The position numbers and the translations under genes were made by a program. A stretch of 64,000 bases of DNA from Macrostomum lignano (lineage: Eukaryota): positions 441,639 to 505,638 of the forward strand of contig NIVC01000208.1 of the NCBI GenBank assembly GCA_002269645.1, given 5' to 3'. The stretch's first letter is position 1; each line of letters begins with the position of its first letter. The notes below the pieces were generated by a model that saw only the letters and a program-made list of their open reading frames with translations, made no database searches and was not told the origin of the DNA. Of this stretch, positions 12,710 through 24,897 are shown one piece after another.

Positions 12710-13835
12710 TTACAGTGTGTAAGCCTCAATCTCGCATATGGTTAGTATCCCGCTGAGCAGGTTCGTCACCCGAACTCGGCTGCCGAAGGCGCCGCAACTG
12801 AAGTTGGCCACGGAGAACGACTCCCTCAGTTTCACTCGGTTGCACTCGACGCCGTCCACCTGCAGCGAGAATTTGTTGAGACGGCGTCGGCAGCAGTCCT
12901 GCCTGTTGTAGATGGTGACGTATGAGACAAACGATGGAGCGGCCAGCTGCCCCTCCCACCATTCGAACGGGTTGTTTTCGGCTTGGTTCCTGTTTCCGTC
13001 AATTGCTAGTCCACAAACGCCCGGTGTTGTCGTTGAGCTCTGCGAGCAGCTTCCGAAACGCAGCCGAGTTTGTGAGTCTGAAAATTAGTGGCAGTCAGAG
13101 TACTTGTACCACGAGCTTGTCACCTTAAATTTAGGCACACAATAATTTCTGTAACAGGTAGGATTTTGCGTCCTGCCTGCACCTTCTGCTCACGTCGGAT
13201 AACAAAGAATTGAACTCGAAGCACGGTATTTCTGGGCCCAGGCTGCTGCGGTCTACATCCCAGCCGAGGCAATGAATATGCTTTTAGGCCCGCAAATGCG
13301 GGCGGGAGAAACGTGAAGCGAGTGCCTCCACTGTCTCTCCTTTTTATTTGAAACACTGAAGAACATGCGCGTGGGAACGTAAACTCTTATGCTACGAGCT
13401 CGTACATAGAAAAAATGCAAATTACGCTGCAAGTTTTAGGCGCAGCCGCGCTTCGGAAACATGGCGGCATTCTATGCAGCTCATAATTTCCACGAGATTG
13501 AATAAGTCAAATTCAACATACTTGGTGCATAACATCTTACCGACAATCCTGGTGTACACATCGCATGACTCCGAGACCTGCCAGCCATCCGTGCTGCTGA
13601 ACGCCAGCCAGTCAAAGAGTCGGCACAGACCCTGCAGCCAGCTGAAGCCGAAACAGGTGGGCCTCAAAGCGCAGAGCGTGGCGCAGTTCATTGAATCTCT
13701 GCCACGCAGGGTCTCCATGGCAACTGGAGTCGAGTTGCTGCGCAGTTTGACCACCTTGAATTGGAGGTGGACGGTCATGGCAAACGAAATTTTCAATGTA
13801 TAGCATAGCAGCAGAAGCAGAATTAGCTTCATCAT
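12710..13835 (-). CDS. Secreted PAN/Apple + F-type lectin (FTLD) protein, copy 1; fucose-binding His deleted
   Basis: Exons 13835-13541 and 13077-12710. Signal peptide; PAN-like SMNCATLCALRPTCFGFSWLQGLCRL; FTLD QSST..AIDGN..WW..NRQDCCRRR..LTICEIEAY. Relative to copy 2 there is a 27-nt in-frame deletion. Confidence 0.85.
13150..13482. other. ~340-bp intronic indel relative to lectin copy 2, flanked by 8-bp direct repeats
   Basis: ATAATTTC at 13142-13149 and 13483-13490; copy 2 has a single ataatttc. No TIRs seen. Confidence 0.6.
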
Positions 13836-14333
13836 TAGCTAGCAGAAGCTGGTGTCAGTGTTTTAGTGTCCAACATCAGCGGAAGCAAACGGTTGATTTA
13901 TAGAGTTGAAGATTTTTAGTGACGAGCGACACCTTTGATTGTTTGCTCGGATCTGTCTCTCTAAATTCCATCCTGGGCAAGCCGCTTGCTTCATTTCCTT
14001 TGCTCAATCGAGTTTGCTCAATAAAGAAGGAAGATACACAGCTACCGGTAGTAAGGGGTCCGCGGGCAGCCTTGCTGTATCTTGAAGCCAGCTGCATCTA
14101 ATGGGTACAGAATTCCGATTCTGATGTTTTTAGAACGATCAAACACGAGTTAAATTGTCAAATATTAGCTCTGACAGCAGTGAGCCCGGTTTGTCATCAC
14201 CATGACGACGGAAGCGACAGATGTAGATGGAAAATCCTGGTAGAGTATTCGATAACTCGTTTCACTATCTGCCAGAGGGCGTCGCCATAGATTTTATGGT
14301 TGGGGGTGGGGGCAGGGACTGCTAAATACATAG

Positions 14334-14517
14334 GGACGGGAAGCTACAAAAGTTGGAGGCCGATTTATTAATAACATGGTCCTCGAAAAGCATTACTTGG
14401 ATAGGTTTTTACCCTAGACGCAAACTCACTGACTGCGGGGTAAAACCTATCTAAGTAATGCTTTTTGAGGACTAAGTTATTAATAGATCGGCCTTCAACT
14501 TTTGTAGCTTCCCGTCC
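14334..14517. repeat. 184-bp foldback (~80-bp imperfect inverted arms); MITE-like
   Basis: ggacgggaagctacaaaagttg(g)aggccgat...ataggtttta pairs with taaaacctat...atcggccttcaacttttgtagcttcccgtcc. Confidence 0.85.
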
Positions 14518-14689
14518 TGGGTACAAGCGTTCCTGGGGGAGGGGGGTGGGTGGGTGACAAAGCGAAGAATTTTACGTGTACATATACATCACTCTAAACT
14601 CCTACGTACGTGGTACAATATTTTGAGAATCGGTGTTGTCAGCACTCCTTTTGGCGCCGCAGACACTCATAACGCCGCAGGAACTTTTT

Positions 14690-14910
14690 AGCGCCGCATG
14701 CACTCATTTGAGCGCCGCATGCACTCATTTGAGCGCCGCATGCACTCATTTTAGCGCCGCATGCACTCATTTGAGCGCCGCATGCACTCATTTTAGCGCC
14801 TTAGGCACTCATTTTAGCGCCACAGGCACTCATTTTAGCGCCGTAGGCACTCATTTTAGCGCCACAGGCACTCATTTTAGCAAATCAGGCACTCATTTTG
14901 GCGCCGCAGT
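14690..14910. repeat. 21-bp minisatellite (~10-11 copies)
   Basis: Unit agcgccgcatgcactcattt(g/t). Confidence 0.9.
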
Positions 14911-15805
14911 TGCTATATTTTAGCGCCCTGAAACAAAACTATTGCTTTTCACAACGGGTCACAAGATACGGTGGGTGGGGGGCAAAGCATTGTATGTCTC
15001 CCCCTAAGTTTTTACTAGGGGGACATGTCCCCCTGTCCACTCTGGTGGCGACAACCCTGTTGTCTGCTATAAGTAGTATGGAACGAATAATACTTTATAA
15101 AATTTCTAAAACTAAAAGTCATCATTGCTCTATCTTGGTGAAAAGTACTTTGGTTGCTTGCAACAACCCCCCCTGCTCTGCATGGCACAATCTAATATTT
15201 AAATCCATGGTATATAAATGTATGAGAACTTTTTGAGATAAAAAGCGACAGAATTGGATCGTTCCAGTGAGCAATTTCTGTTGAACTATTCGGAAGTAAA
15301 AGATACGAGAAAACTGATCGGGGTAGCTTTAATCCGTCCAACCCTCGCACACCGCTCCCCCACTTCATTCCTCAACTCAAGTCTGCCGCGGCGTAGCCGA
15401 GTTGCGTCACTCGCAAAGATTGAGAGACTTTACCTGCGCTCTCAAAAGTGACGACCACAGACGGAATCTGCTGTGATGGCGACTTTTCGATGTTGCTGCG
15501 TGTATATTTACATGTAATTTCGAGTATTACTCATGTTCAATGGTACTTTATTTAAAGGCTTAGTTACATCCGAGTCGAGCCTCAAGCTCGCAGATGATCA
15601 GGCACTGGCTGAGCAAGTTTGCCAAATATATGTCACCAATAATTAGTGTCAGTGCCGTCTGGGTTTAATGCCCAGTCGAAAGCAACAAAAAAACTGCCAA
15701 GTCGCAAAGATATATTCGTTTTTGGAATGCTTGAAGGTTCCTACAGAGAACTTTAAGTTTTATTGATTGCTGTGATCCGGTTTGCATCACAGCCGTTCAG
15801 CTCAT

Positions 15806-16616
15806 CTACAGAGTGTAAGCCTCAATCTCGCAAATGGTCAGGCTCTCGCTGCGCAGGTTCGTCACTCGAACTCGGCTGCCGAAGGCGTTGCAGCCGAAGT
15901 TGGCCACGGAAAACGGCTCTCTCAGGTTCACTCGGTTGCACTCGACGCCGTTCACGTGCAGCGAGAATTTGTTGATCCGGCCAGCGCAGCAGTCCTGCCT
16001 ATTGTAGATGGTGACGTATGAGACAAGCGATGGAGCGGCCAGCTGCCCCTCCCACCATTCGAACGGGTTGTTTTCGGTGTGGGCGCAGGAATCTCCATAG
16101 TAGTCTTGGTTCCTGTTTCCGTCAATTGCTCGTCCGCAAACGCCCGGTGTTTTCGTTGAGCTCTGCGTGCAGCTTCCGAATTGCAGCCGAGTTTGTGAGT
16201 CTGGAAATTAGTGGCAGTCAGAGTACTTGTACCACGAGCTTGTCACATTATATTTAGGCACACAATAATTTCCACAAGATTGAATAAGCCAGTTCCGAAT
16301 ACTTGGTGCATGGCATCTTACCGACAATCCTGGTGTACACATCGCATGACTCCGAGACCTGCCAGCCATCGGGGCTGTTGAAGGCCAGCCAGTCAAAGAG
16401 TCGGCACAGACCCTGCAGCCAGCTGAAGCCGAAACAGGTGGGCCTCAAAGCGCAGAGCGTGGCGCAGTTCATTGAATCCCTGCCACGCAGGGTCGCCATG
16501 GCAACTGGAGTCGAGGTGCTGCGCAGTTTGACCACCTTGAATTTGAGGTGGACGGTCATGGCAAACGAAATTTTCAATGTATAGCATAGCAGCAGAAGCA
16601 GAATTAGCTTCATCAT
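15806..16616 (-). CDS. Secreted PAN/Apple + F-type lectin protein, copy 2; canonical fucose-binding motif
   Basis: Exons 16616-16322 and 16200-15806. FTLD reads DSCAHTENNPFEWW...IYNRQDCCAGR, an exact H-X26-R-X-D-X4-R motif with adjacent CC, and ends LTICEIEAYTL. Confidence 0.9.
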
Positions 16617-18802
16617 TAGCTAGCAGAAGCTGGTGTCAGTGTTTCAGTGTCCAACATCAGTAGAAACAAACGGTTGCTTTATAGAGTTTTTCGTGATAAA
16701 AGCGACGCCTAGTGATTATTGGCTCGATCTATCTCTCTCTTCCAAACTTGGGCAAGCCGCTTGCTTCATTTCGAATTTGCCAGTGGAAGCATGGCCGTGA
16801 GTTTGCTCAATAAAGAAGGAAGATGCACAGCTAGTTACGAATCAGCGAGCTATCTTGCTGCATCTTGAAGCTAGCTACATCTAACGGGTACAGAATCACG
16901 ACTTCGATCCGATAAGACCTTCGATTCTGCAGCGACCCTAACTTCACTGTATCACAGAGGCTGACCCTCTAAGGGCGTTAATAATTTCACGAGCAGACCT
17001 AAGCTGAGATACCAATTTTAGACCAAAATTAATGTCACTGCACTTGACATTAGACACGCATTAAAGCTTGTATCAATTCAAGAGAATTTTAAATTCATTC
17101 TTCTCCATGAAGAGTGCAAGCTGCATGGCTTACAGTTTATATTGCCTGATCGATGGCAACGCTCGAAATGGAGACCGGTTGAAGTCCTGATGATAGCTGA
17201 CGTAAAATCTCGTTCGGGTGTCCTTAGTCCCCGGTGTCACCTACTGAAGAATGTGTCTTCGATGCCCAGCAGTTGAGGGATTTGCCCACTGTCGAGGCCA
17301 GAGACCAGTGACGAACGAAGTCCGAGTCAGTGATGCTGATGAAATTTGGAGGCTTGGCACAGGGGTGTGTATTGGATACAGTGGCGCTTGTGGAAAAAAT
17401 CCGACCCTCTGATAAATTTGTTGAATATCTGGACGGTCCTCACGACGGAGCTGGCTTGCAAAAATTTAACGTTGTCACCTTTTATTATTCGAGCTTTACA
17501 AACAGCCATTCTTTTAATTTTGTATTCTAATCAATCACAGACGCTGTAGATGCTGTAGGGCCTAGATTAGCTGCCTTTGTTTCTGAGACCTTTGTAACGG
17601 CTTGGTTTCGGTTGGCTCTGGCTTTTGAAGTATCAATCATCAGAAGAGAATGGATAGTTTGAGACCTATAAAGCTCATACAAGAACATTGAGTCCAATTC
17701 ATTGATCAGCAATTCGATAGCTTTCTGTTCTTTTATAAATTGTACATGTATTTTAATAGAGTTTAGCTCGTAATTCACGATAGACGAAGCATTTTAGAAA
17801 GCTAGGGAATTTTGAATTTTTTTCAAAATCTCAAAGTTCACGTTCAAAACTACAGGATGAGTCGTAGACATATTATATCAAAAAAGACTTTCAAAAAAAT
17901 TGTAATACTAGAGCGTTTACTTGCTTCGTCACACTACTCTTAGTAGTCTTAGTAGTCTGGTAGCTGAATAGATAGGAATTGAGATGGTATAAGCTGCAGC
18001 CTCCTTTGTTCCCTAAAAAAGTAAAAAAAAGATTAAAAATCAATAAGTTTTCATGCCTTTTTAATAATAGATATGAAAGCATTAATAGGAGAACTTCTCA
18101 AATGGCAATGGACGGAGCAGGCTCCACTGCCACCTGGGTCAATGTCAGTTTAGAGTAAATTTATTTATGTTTTTGATATTTTAAAAATCAGATAATTAAT
18201 AAAACATTATTTTTCAGAATTTTATTAGTGAAAAGAAGTGATAAAAGCGTCACATAGTTGAATACGTGAAAAATAATTGTCTGAAATATCAGTTGTATGT
18301 AATCTTGAATTTTTGTCAGTGAATAATCTACAGCTTTGAATCACTATTTTGTTTAATTAATTGATTTCTCAGGGAAAAATACAAGAAAAGTCAGATAAGG
18401 TCACACGGATTAATTAATTATGAATAAAATAAAAACAAGCATTGGTGTCCAATCCATCAGTATCTAAAGGGCTAAAAACCAAGACTCTACCTACAAAGAG
18501 CAATATTTATATGCATAGAAAACGTTCGATATCGACTACCCCTTTCAATATTTGTCAAGGGTCAGTCGCACAATAGCATGAACAGGTATAAGAGCAGACC
18601 ACATGATTCTAAAATTTTATCAAGAAGTTATTTGAATGTGCATCAATATGCAGAGTAGAAGAATGTGCTCAGCCACGCCGCGCCTCTTATTAAATTTCTT
18701 GTCCTTTTTCAGCTTGCAACACCAGAAGCTGACCTCGCAAATCATGCATAATTTGTTAATTGAAAAATTATTTGTTGAAAAACAAACGTGACATCAATGC
18801 AT

Positions 18803-21800
18803 TCACCAGCCCGCTGGCCAGCCAGGACGTCCGGAAGAGACACCTGCGCCGCCTCCGCTTCGCTGACCACCGCCGCGTGTCCTCGTCGCGGAACCTCTGG
18901 CCGAAGCTCGCGACGCTGCCGAGCTTGGACGTGACGAAGCCGACACTCCGCCTGCGGCTGCGCTGCCAGGCCGAACAATGCTGGTGGACGAGTGCACCCT
19001 GGAGACTGGCTGGCAGTACGGGTTCTGCGTGATCCTTGGTTGACGATAGTTCGACTCTTCTCCGAGAAGTGAGAGCGGCAGACCGAAGCTGGCCTGCCGC
19101 TTGTAGTCGGAGATCATCTCGTCCCGGCTCATGCCGCGGGTGGGTCGGATTTGCTTCAGGCGTTGGAAGATTTTCTGTCGAAGCGAGATTAATAATAATG
19201 TAATGCCTCTCTGATTCTGTAATACCTCTTTGACACTGTAATGCCTCTCTGACACTGAAATACCTCTCTGAGACTGTAATACCTCTTTGACACTGTAATG
19301 CCTCTCTGAGACTGTAATACCTCTCTGACACTGTAATACCTCTCTGACACTGTAATACCTCTCTGACACTGTAATGCCTCTCTGAGACTGTAATACCTCT
19401 CTGACACTGTAATACCTCTTTGACACTGTAATGCCTCTCTGAGACTGTAATACCTCTCTGAGACTGTAATACCTCTCTGACACTGTAATACCTCTCTGAC
19501 ACTGCAATACCTTCTGATTCTGTAATACCTCTCTGACACTATAATACCTCTCTGACACTGTAATGCCTCTCTGACACTGTAATGCCTCTTTGAGACTGTA
19601 ATACCTCTCTGACACTGTAATACCTCTCTGACACTGCAATACCTTCTGATTCTGTAATACCTCTCTGACACTATAATACCTTTCTGACACTGTAATGCCT
19701 CTCTGACACTGTAATGCCTCTTTGACACTGTAATACCTCTCTGACATTGTAATACCTCTCTGACACTGTAATACCTCTCTGACACTGTAATACCTCTCTG
19801 ACACTGTAATACCTCTATGACACTGTAATACCTCTCTGACACTGTAATACCTCTCTGACACTGTAATACCTCTCTGACACTGTAATACCTCTCTGACACT
19901 GTAATACCTCTCTGACACTGTAATACCTCTCTGACACTGTAATACCTCTTTGACACTGTAATACCTCTCTGACACTGTAATACCTCTCTGACACTGCAAT
20001 ACCTTCTGATTCTGTAATACCTCTCTGACACTATAATACCTCTCTGACACTGTAATGCCTCTCTGACACTGTAATGCCTCTTTGACACTGTAATACCTCT
20101 CTGACATTGTAATACCTCTCTGACACTGTAATACCTCTCTGACACTGTAATACCTCTCTGACACTGCAATACCTCTCTGACACTGTAATGCCTCTCTGAT
20201 TCTGTAATACCTCTCTGACACTGTAATGCCTCTCTGACACTGTAATACCTCTCTGACACTGTAATACCTCTCTGACATTGTAATACCTCTCTGACACTGT
20301 AATGCCTCTCTGACACTGTAATGCCTCTCTGACACTGTAATGCCTCTCTGACACTGTAATGCCTCCCTGATACTGTAATGCCTCCCTGATACTGTAATGC
20401 CTCTCTGATTTTGTAATACCTCTCTGATTCTGTAATACCTCTCTGACACTGTAATACCTCTCTGACACTGCCATACCTCTCTGACACAGCAATACCTCTC
20501 TGACACTGTAATACCTCTCTGACACTGTAATACCTCTCTGACACTGTAATGCCTCTCTGAGACTGTAATACCTCTCTGACACTGTAATACCTCTTTGACA
20601 CTGTAATGCCTCTCTGAGACTGTAATACCTCTCTGAGACTGTAATACCTCTCTGACACTGTAATACCTCTCTGACACTGCAATACCTTCTGATTCTGTAA
20701 TACCTCCCTGATACTGTAATGCCTCTCTGATTCTGTAATACCTCTCTGACACTGCAATACCTCTTTGACACTGCAATACCTACTACTTGCAATTAAACTC
20801 CCAGAGTTAAAAAACTCACTCTATTCTCCTCCTCAATGCGCCTCTGTTCCTTCTGCCGGTTGACAGTGGAATGGTGCGGCCTCTTCACCGGTGGATCAAT
20901 ATTGTTTGGTTTCTTAGCCCGGTTCTTAGTCCGCATAAGGTTGTACAGCAGTCGCTGGTTCTCAGCCTCGATGTCGTGAATTCTGCTCATAGACTGGGTG
21001 CCGCTGTGAAGGCCTGTCGGATGGGGGTTATGGGTGACCCGTCAATCAGTGATTCAGTGACCTGTCAGACCTTTTTATTACATCCAGAAGGCTGTGTGCA
21101 CCCTGGCGCACATCAAGCGACATTGTCACACAACCGGCGAGAGGCATTGCTGCCCATTCCGCCGACTCCCCTGAGCAGGCACACAAGCGCGCGGATACGT
21201 ACGCAGTCATACGCACAGGCACACACTCACACAGGAGTGTACAGCGGCCCTAACTTTATTTATCGTTAGGCATGTACACTTCACTGCGCCTTGGGGGTTG
21301 GCCATCAAGGCCGTCAATTGTGATGACTTCACTTAAAATCGAGCGCTACGCCCCCTCTCCCCACGTCACACCCTTAATCCCCAAGAGGACTCAGTGACAC
21401 CGTCAGCCCCTTAATCTCCTAGGGGACTCAGTGACCCCGTCAGCCCCTTAATCCCCTAGGGGGCTCGGTGACCGTCTGGATGCAGAGCCCGTACCGGATC
21501 TCTGTGGCCCGGCTGACTGGCCCCTCCGCTTGTCCAGTTCGACCAGCGCTCGCACGATGGTCTCCATGTTGATTCGGTCCTCATCGCGATCCTCTGCTCC
21601 GCCTTGGTGACCAGCGGCAACGCGCGGCGGCTTCCGGGCGGACAAATCGGCGGCGTCGCCCATGGCAGCGGCTCGCGGACTGTCGTGGCCTCTTGGCGAG
21701 GACAGTGGGCTGACGTCGGTGACATCGCTGGCGCTGCTGCTGTTGCTGCGGCTGCGACTGCTGCCTCGTTTCCGGTTTCTTCCAGAAGAAGAGCTGCGAC

Positions 21801-24800
21801 TTCTCGACGACTTCGAAGCGCTCCGGCTGCGGATTTGACGACGCCGCGGTGACGAGCTTCGCTTGGTCTCGTCCTCATCCTGATCCCTGTCGCTGCCGCT
21901 GCGACTGTCCCGACTGCGACTTCTTCGTCTGGACGTTGGCGGCGAGGGAGACCGAGATAGACGACGGGGACTCCGTTCAGGCGAAGAGTTTTCGGGCGAA
22001 TCTTTGGCCTTCTTTACCTGCCGCGGCGTGGGGCTCGGACTTTGACGATTCGAATCGTCTAGATTGTTCGACGGACTTCGTCGACTGCCGGCGCTCCTGG
22101 CGCTTGCCTGGGCATCGTTCCTGTAGTATTGTCAGCAATGCAATGCGACTGTTTTTAATGCTTTCTATTTAAGGACTACAGTTACAGGTAAAAAACAATG
22201 AATATTGTGAGCTTGCTTTTCTACATCTGATCTGAAGGAAATCTGAAGGAGTGAAGGGTGGACAATGTGTAGAGTTGGGTGGAAGAGTGGGTAGAGAGAA
22301 CGGAGGAAGGTGGGTGGAGGAGGGGTGGAGAGAATGGAAGGAGGTGGGTGTAAGGGGCAGAGAGAATAGAGGGAGGTGGGTGGAAGGGGCAGAGAGAATA
22401 GAGGGAGGTGGGTGTAAGGGGCAGAGAGAATAGAGGGAGGTGGGTGGAAGGGGCAGAGAGAATAGAGGGAGGTGGGTGGAAGGGGCAGAGAGAATAGAGG
22501 GAGGTGGGTGGAAGGGGCAGAGAGAATAGAGGGAGGTGGGTGGAAGGGGCAGAGAGAATAGAGGGAGGTGGGTGTAAGGGGCAGAGAGAATAGAGGGAGG
22601 TGGGTGGAAGGGGCAGAGAGAATAGAGGGAGGTGGGTGGAAGGGGCAGAGAGAATAGAGGGAGGTGGGTGGAAGGGGCAGAGAGAATAGAGGGAGGTGGG
22701 TGTAAGGGGCAGAGAGAATAGAGGGAGGTGGGTGTAAGGGGCAGAGAGAATAGAGGGAGGTGGGTGGAAGGGGCAGAGAGAATAGAGGGAGGTGGGTGGA
22801 AGGGGCAGAGAGAATAGAGGGAGGTGGGTGGAAGGGGCAGAGAGAATAGAGGGAGGTGGGTGGAAGGGGCAGAGAATGAAGCGGACATGGGTAGAAGAGG
22901 GGTAGAGAGAATGGATGTGGGTGAAAGAGGGGTAGAGAGAATGGAGGTGGGTGGAAGTGGGGTAGAGAGAATGGAGGTGGGTGGAAGTGGGGTAGAGAGA
23001 ATGGAGGGGAGGTGGGTGGAAGTGGGGTAGAGAGAATGGAGGTGGGTGGGAGAGGAGTAGAAAGAATAGAGATGGGTGGAAGAGGAGTAGAGAATGGAGG
23101 GGAGGTGGGTGGAAGTGGGATAGAGAGCTGGACAGCATGAAACAAAACTGTGACAATGGAACCCATTAACTCCACGTGTGCAAAAAAAGTGAAACAACTG
23201 CATAAAATATCATAAATTAAAGTACCTCATCTTTGAACAGTCAATGAACAAGGCTAATTTTAAGTGCTTGAGAAACAGTGAACTTACTCGCAATTTTCTC
23301 TTGAATTATCACTCATATCATTTTAGTCAATAATTATATATTCTGCAGACAAGCTTAGAAAGGTTTTAGTATTGTATTGGCACTGGCTCCTCGCTATGAA
23401 CTATGCCAACTTTCTGAGCATTTAGGTTATGTACTGGGCCGCAACTCCATTAAATATGCAGCTAACAATAGCATGGCACTGATGGGCTGACTTTTGATTG
23501 GGTTTCTCTGGGTGAGAATTAATAATTAATTTTGTAATGCAGTTATGCATGCAGCAAAGTGTGCTGAGAGTTTTAAGCATACTGTCTATGATTCTAACAT
23601 GAATCATTTGCCCTGATGATCCTGCCAGCCCTTGCTAAGAAAGTCACTGAAGTTTTTTGTGATTTGTATGAATATTGAATGCATGCTTTGCTATAAACTG
23701 TTGTAAATACCCCCATAAAGCCGTATACTTTACCAAAAATCATCATCAAAAACACCTGAAATTTTTGTAAAAAGTTTAGCAAAGATTTGTCAATAATTTA
23801 TAGATTTTATTAAATTTTACTTTAAATATTGAATATATTAATTGGTAAAAAATAGATCAATAAAAATTTGCTAGTTGAAATTCTTTATTTTATACATGTA
23901 AAAACCTTATTGAAAAACTTTCCTTCAGTGGAGCTGGAGCAAGCAAGCAAAAATAGCTGATATACAAAGTCATTGGTGCTTGCTATGCAGTCACATATAA
24001 ACCCTAGATTTATAGTTAGTTTCATTTATGTTTACTATTAGATAAATCTAAAAATTAACAAAGCATTTATTTTGAGCTGCTCTAAATGATAAAGATACAA
24101 CTTAATTTTGACTTTTTATTTAAAGGTTTTGAATTGACCATATAAGCATTTATAGAAATAAATATTTAGAAAATACTATTGACATTTTATGCTTACATAG
24201 CTATAGCATCAGTTGGTTTTGTTGGATCTGTTTGCTATTTTTGCAATAACAATAATTTAATTGTTAACAGTATTAACAACTCTTGCAAAAAGAAAAAATT
24301 ATTTATTGTTCTATTTGATTCTATTATTTAAATTATAAGATTTATATTACGAGGCAGTGTGGCGATTAGGGTTCATTCAATTATTCATATAACTATAGTG
24401 TACTTTAACTTGAGCTATTTCATGTTTTAAATATTAATGCCTTCAAATGGTTGCTTTTGCTTACGTACTTAATTTTTTGCGTTTATAGGCATAGGCTTTA
24501 ATAGGTACGTGAAAATTAAAAACGAAGAAAACCCAACCCCATGATCTTTATAGTCAAGATATATTTGAAGTGCAAGGTCAAAGATTTACGATTTTAGTAT
24601 TTTTTTCCATGAAGTGATTGAACTCCAAATTTAAATTACTGGTTATAAAGTAGAAAAATTATATTAAAAACCCTGTAGCCTTAACAAAAGCTATATCATC
24701 ACAAATAAAAAGCACTGGATCCCTGTGGCTCGGCTCAGGTCAGGCTCAGTGGCTCGTGGCTGTAGGAAAAGAATTGGTTAAAAGTTAACTATTACTCACT

Positions 24801-24897
24801 CTGCTTTTCTCGAGCTCTCTGGGCCATCAGAAAAGAAGTCAAAGTCGACTGATCCTTTCAATTCTTCGTCGTCATAACTTGGTCTTCGGTGAGACAT
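18803..24897 (-). CDS. CFAP97: CFAP97-like (cilia/flagella-associated, KIAA1430 domain) protein, ~429 aa
   Basis: Exons 24897-24800, 22120-21495, 21013-20820, 19174-18803 have matching phases and total 1290 nt. Conserved blocks LKGSVDFDFFSD, SDVTDVSPLSSP, IEAENQRLL..HSTVNRQKEQRRIEEENRKIFQRLKQIRPT.GM. Confidence 0.85.
19198..20780. repeat. 20-bp minisatellite filling CFAP97 intron 3
   Basis: Unit ctctctgacactgtaatacc. Confidence 0.95.
21372..21475. repeat. 37-bp tandem repeat (~2.8 copies) in CFAP97 intron 2
   Basis: ccttaatc... starts at 21372, 21409 and 21446. Confidence 0.8.
22330..23125. repeat. G-rich 32-bp minisatellite with degenerate flank, CFAP97 intron 1
   Basis: Unit gggaggtgggtggaaggggcagagagaataga. 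Confidence 0.92.

Larger units (their letters stand above)
14273..15059. mobile_element. Putative hAT-like non-autonomous element between the two lectin copies
   Basis: Imperfect termini cag(a)gggcgtcgcca ... tggcgacaaccctg; flanking 8-mers ctatctgc / ttgtctgc (6/8, degenerate TSD). Confidence 0.45.

Noticed and set aside
17050-17520. Possible degraded LINE/Penelope 3' end
   Set aside because: Only vague motif resemblance; no consistent RT or endonuclease blocks.
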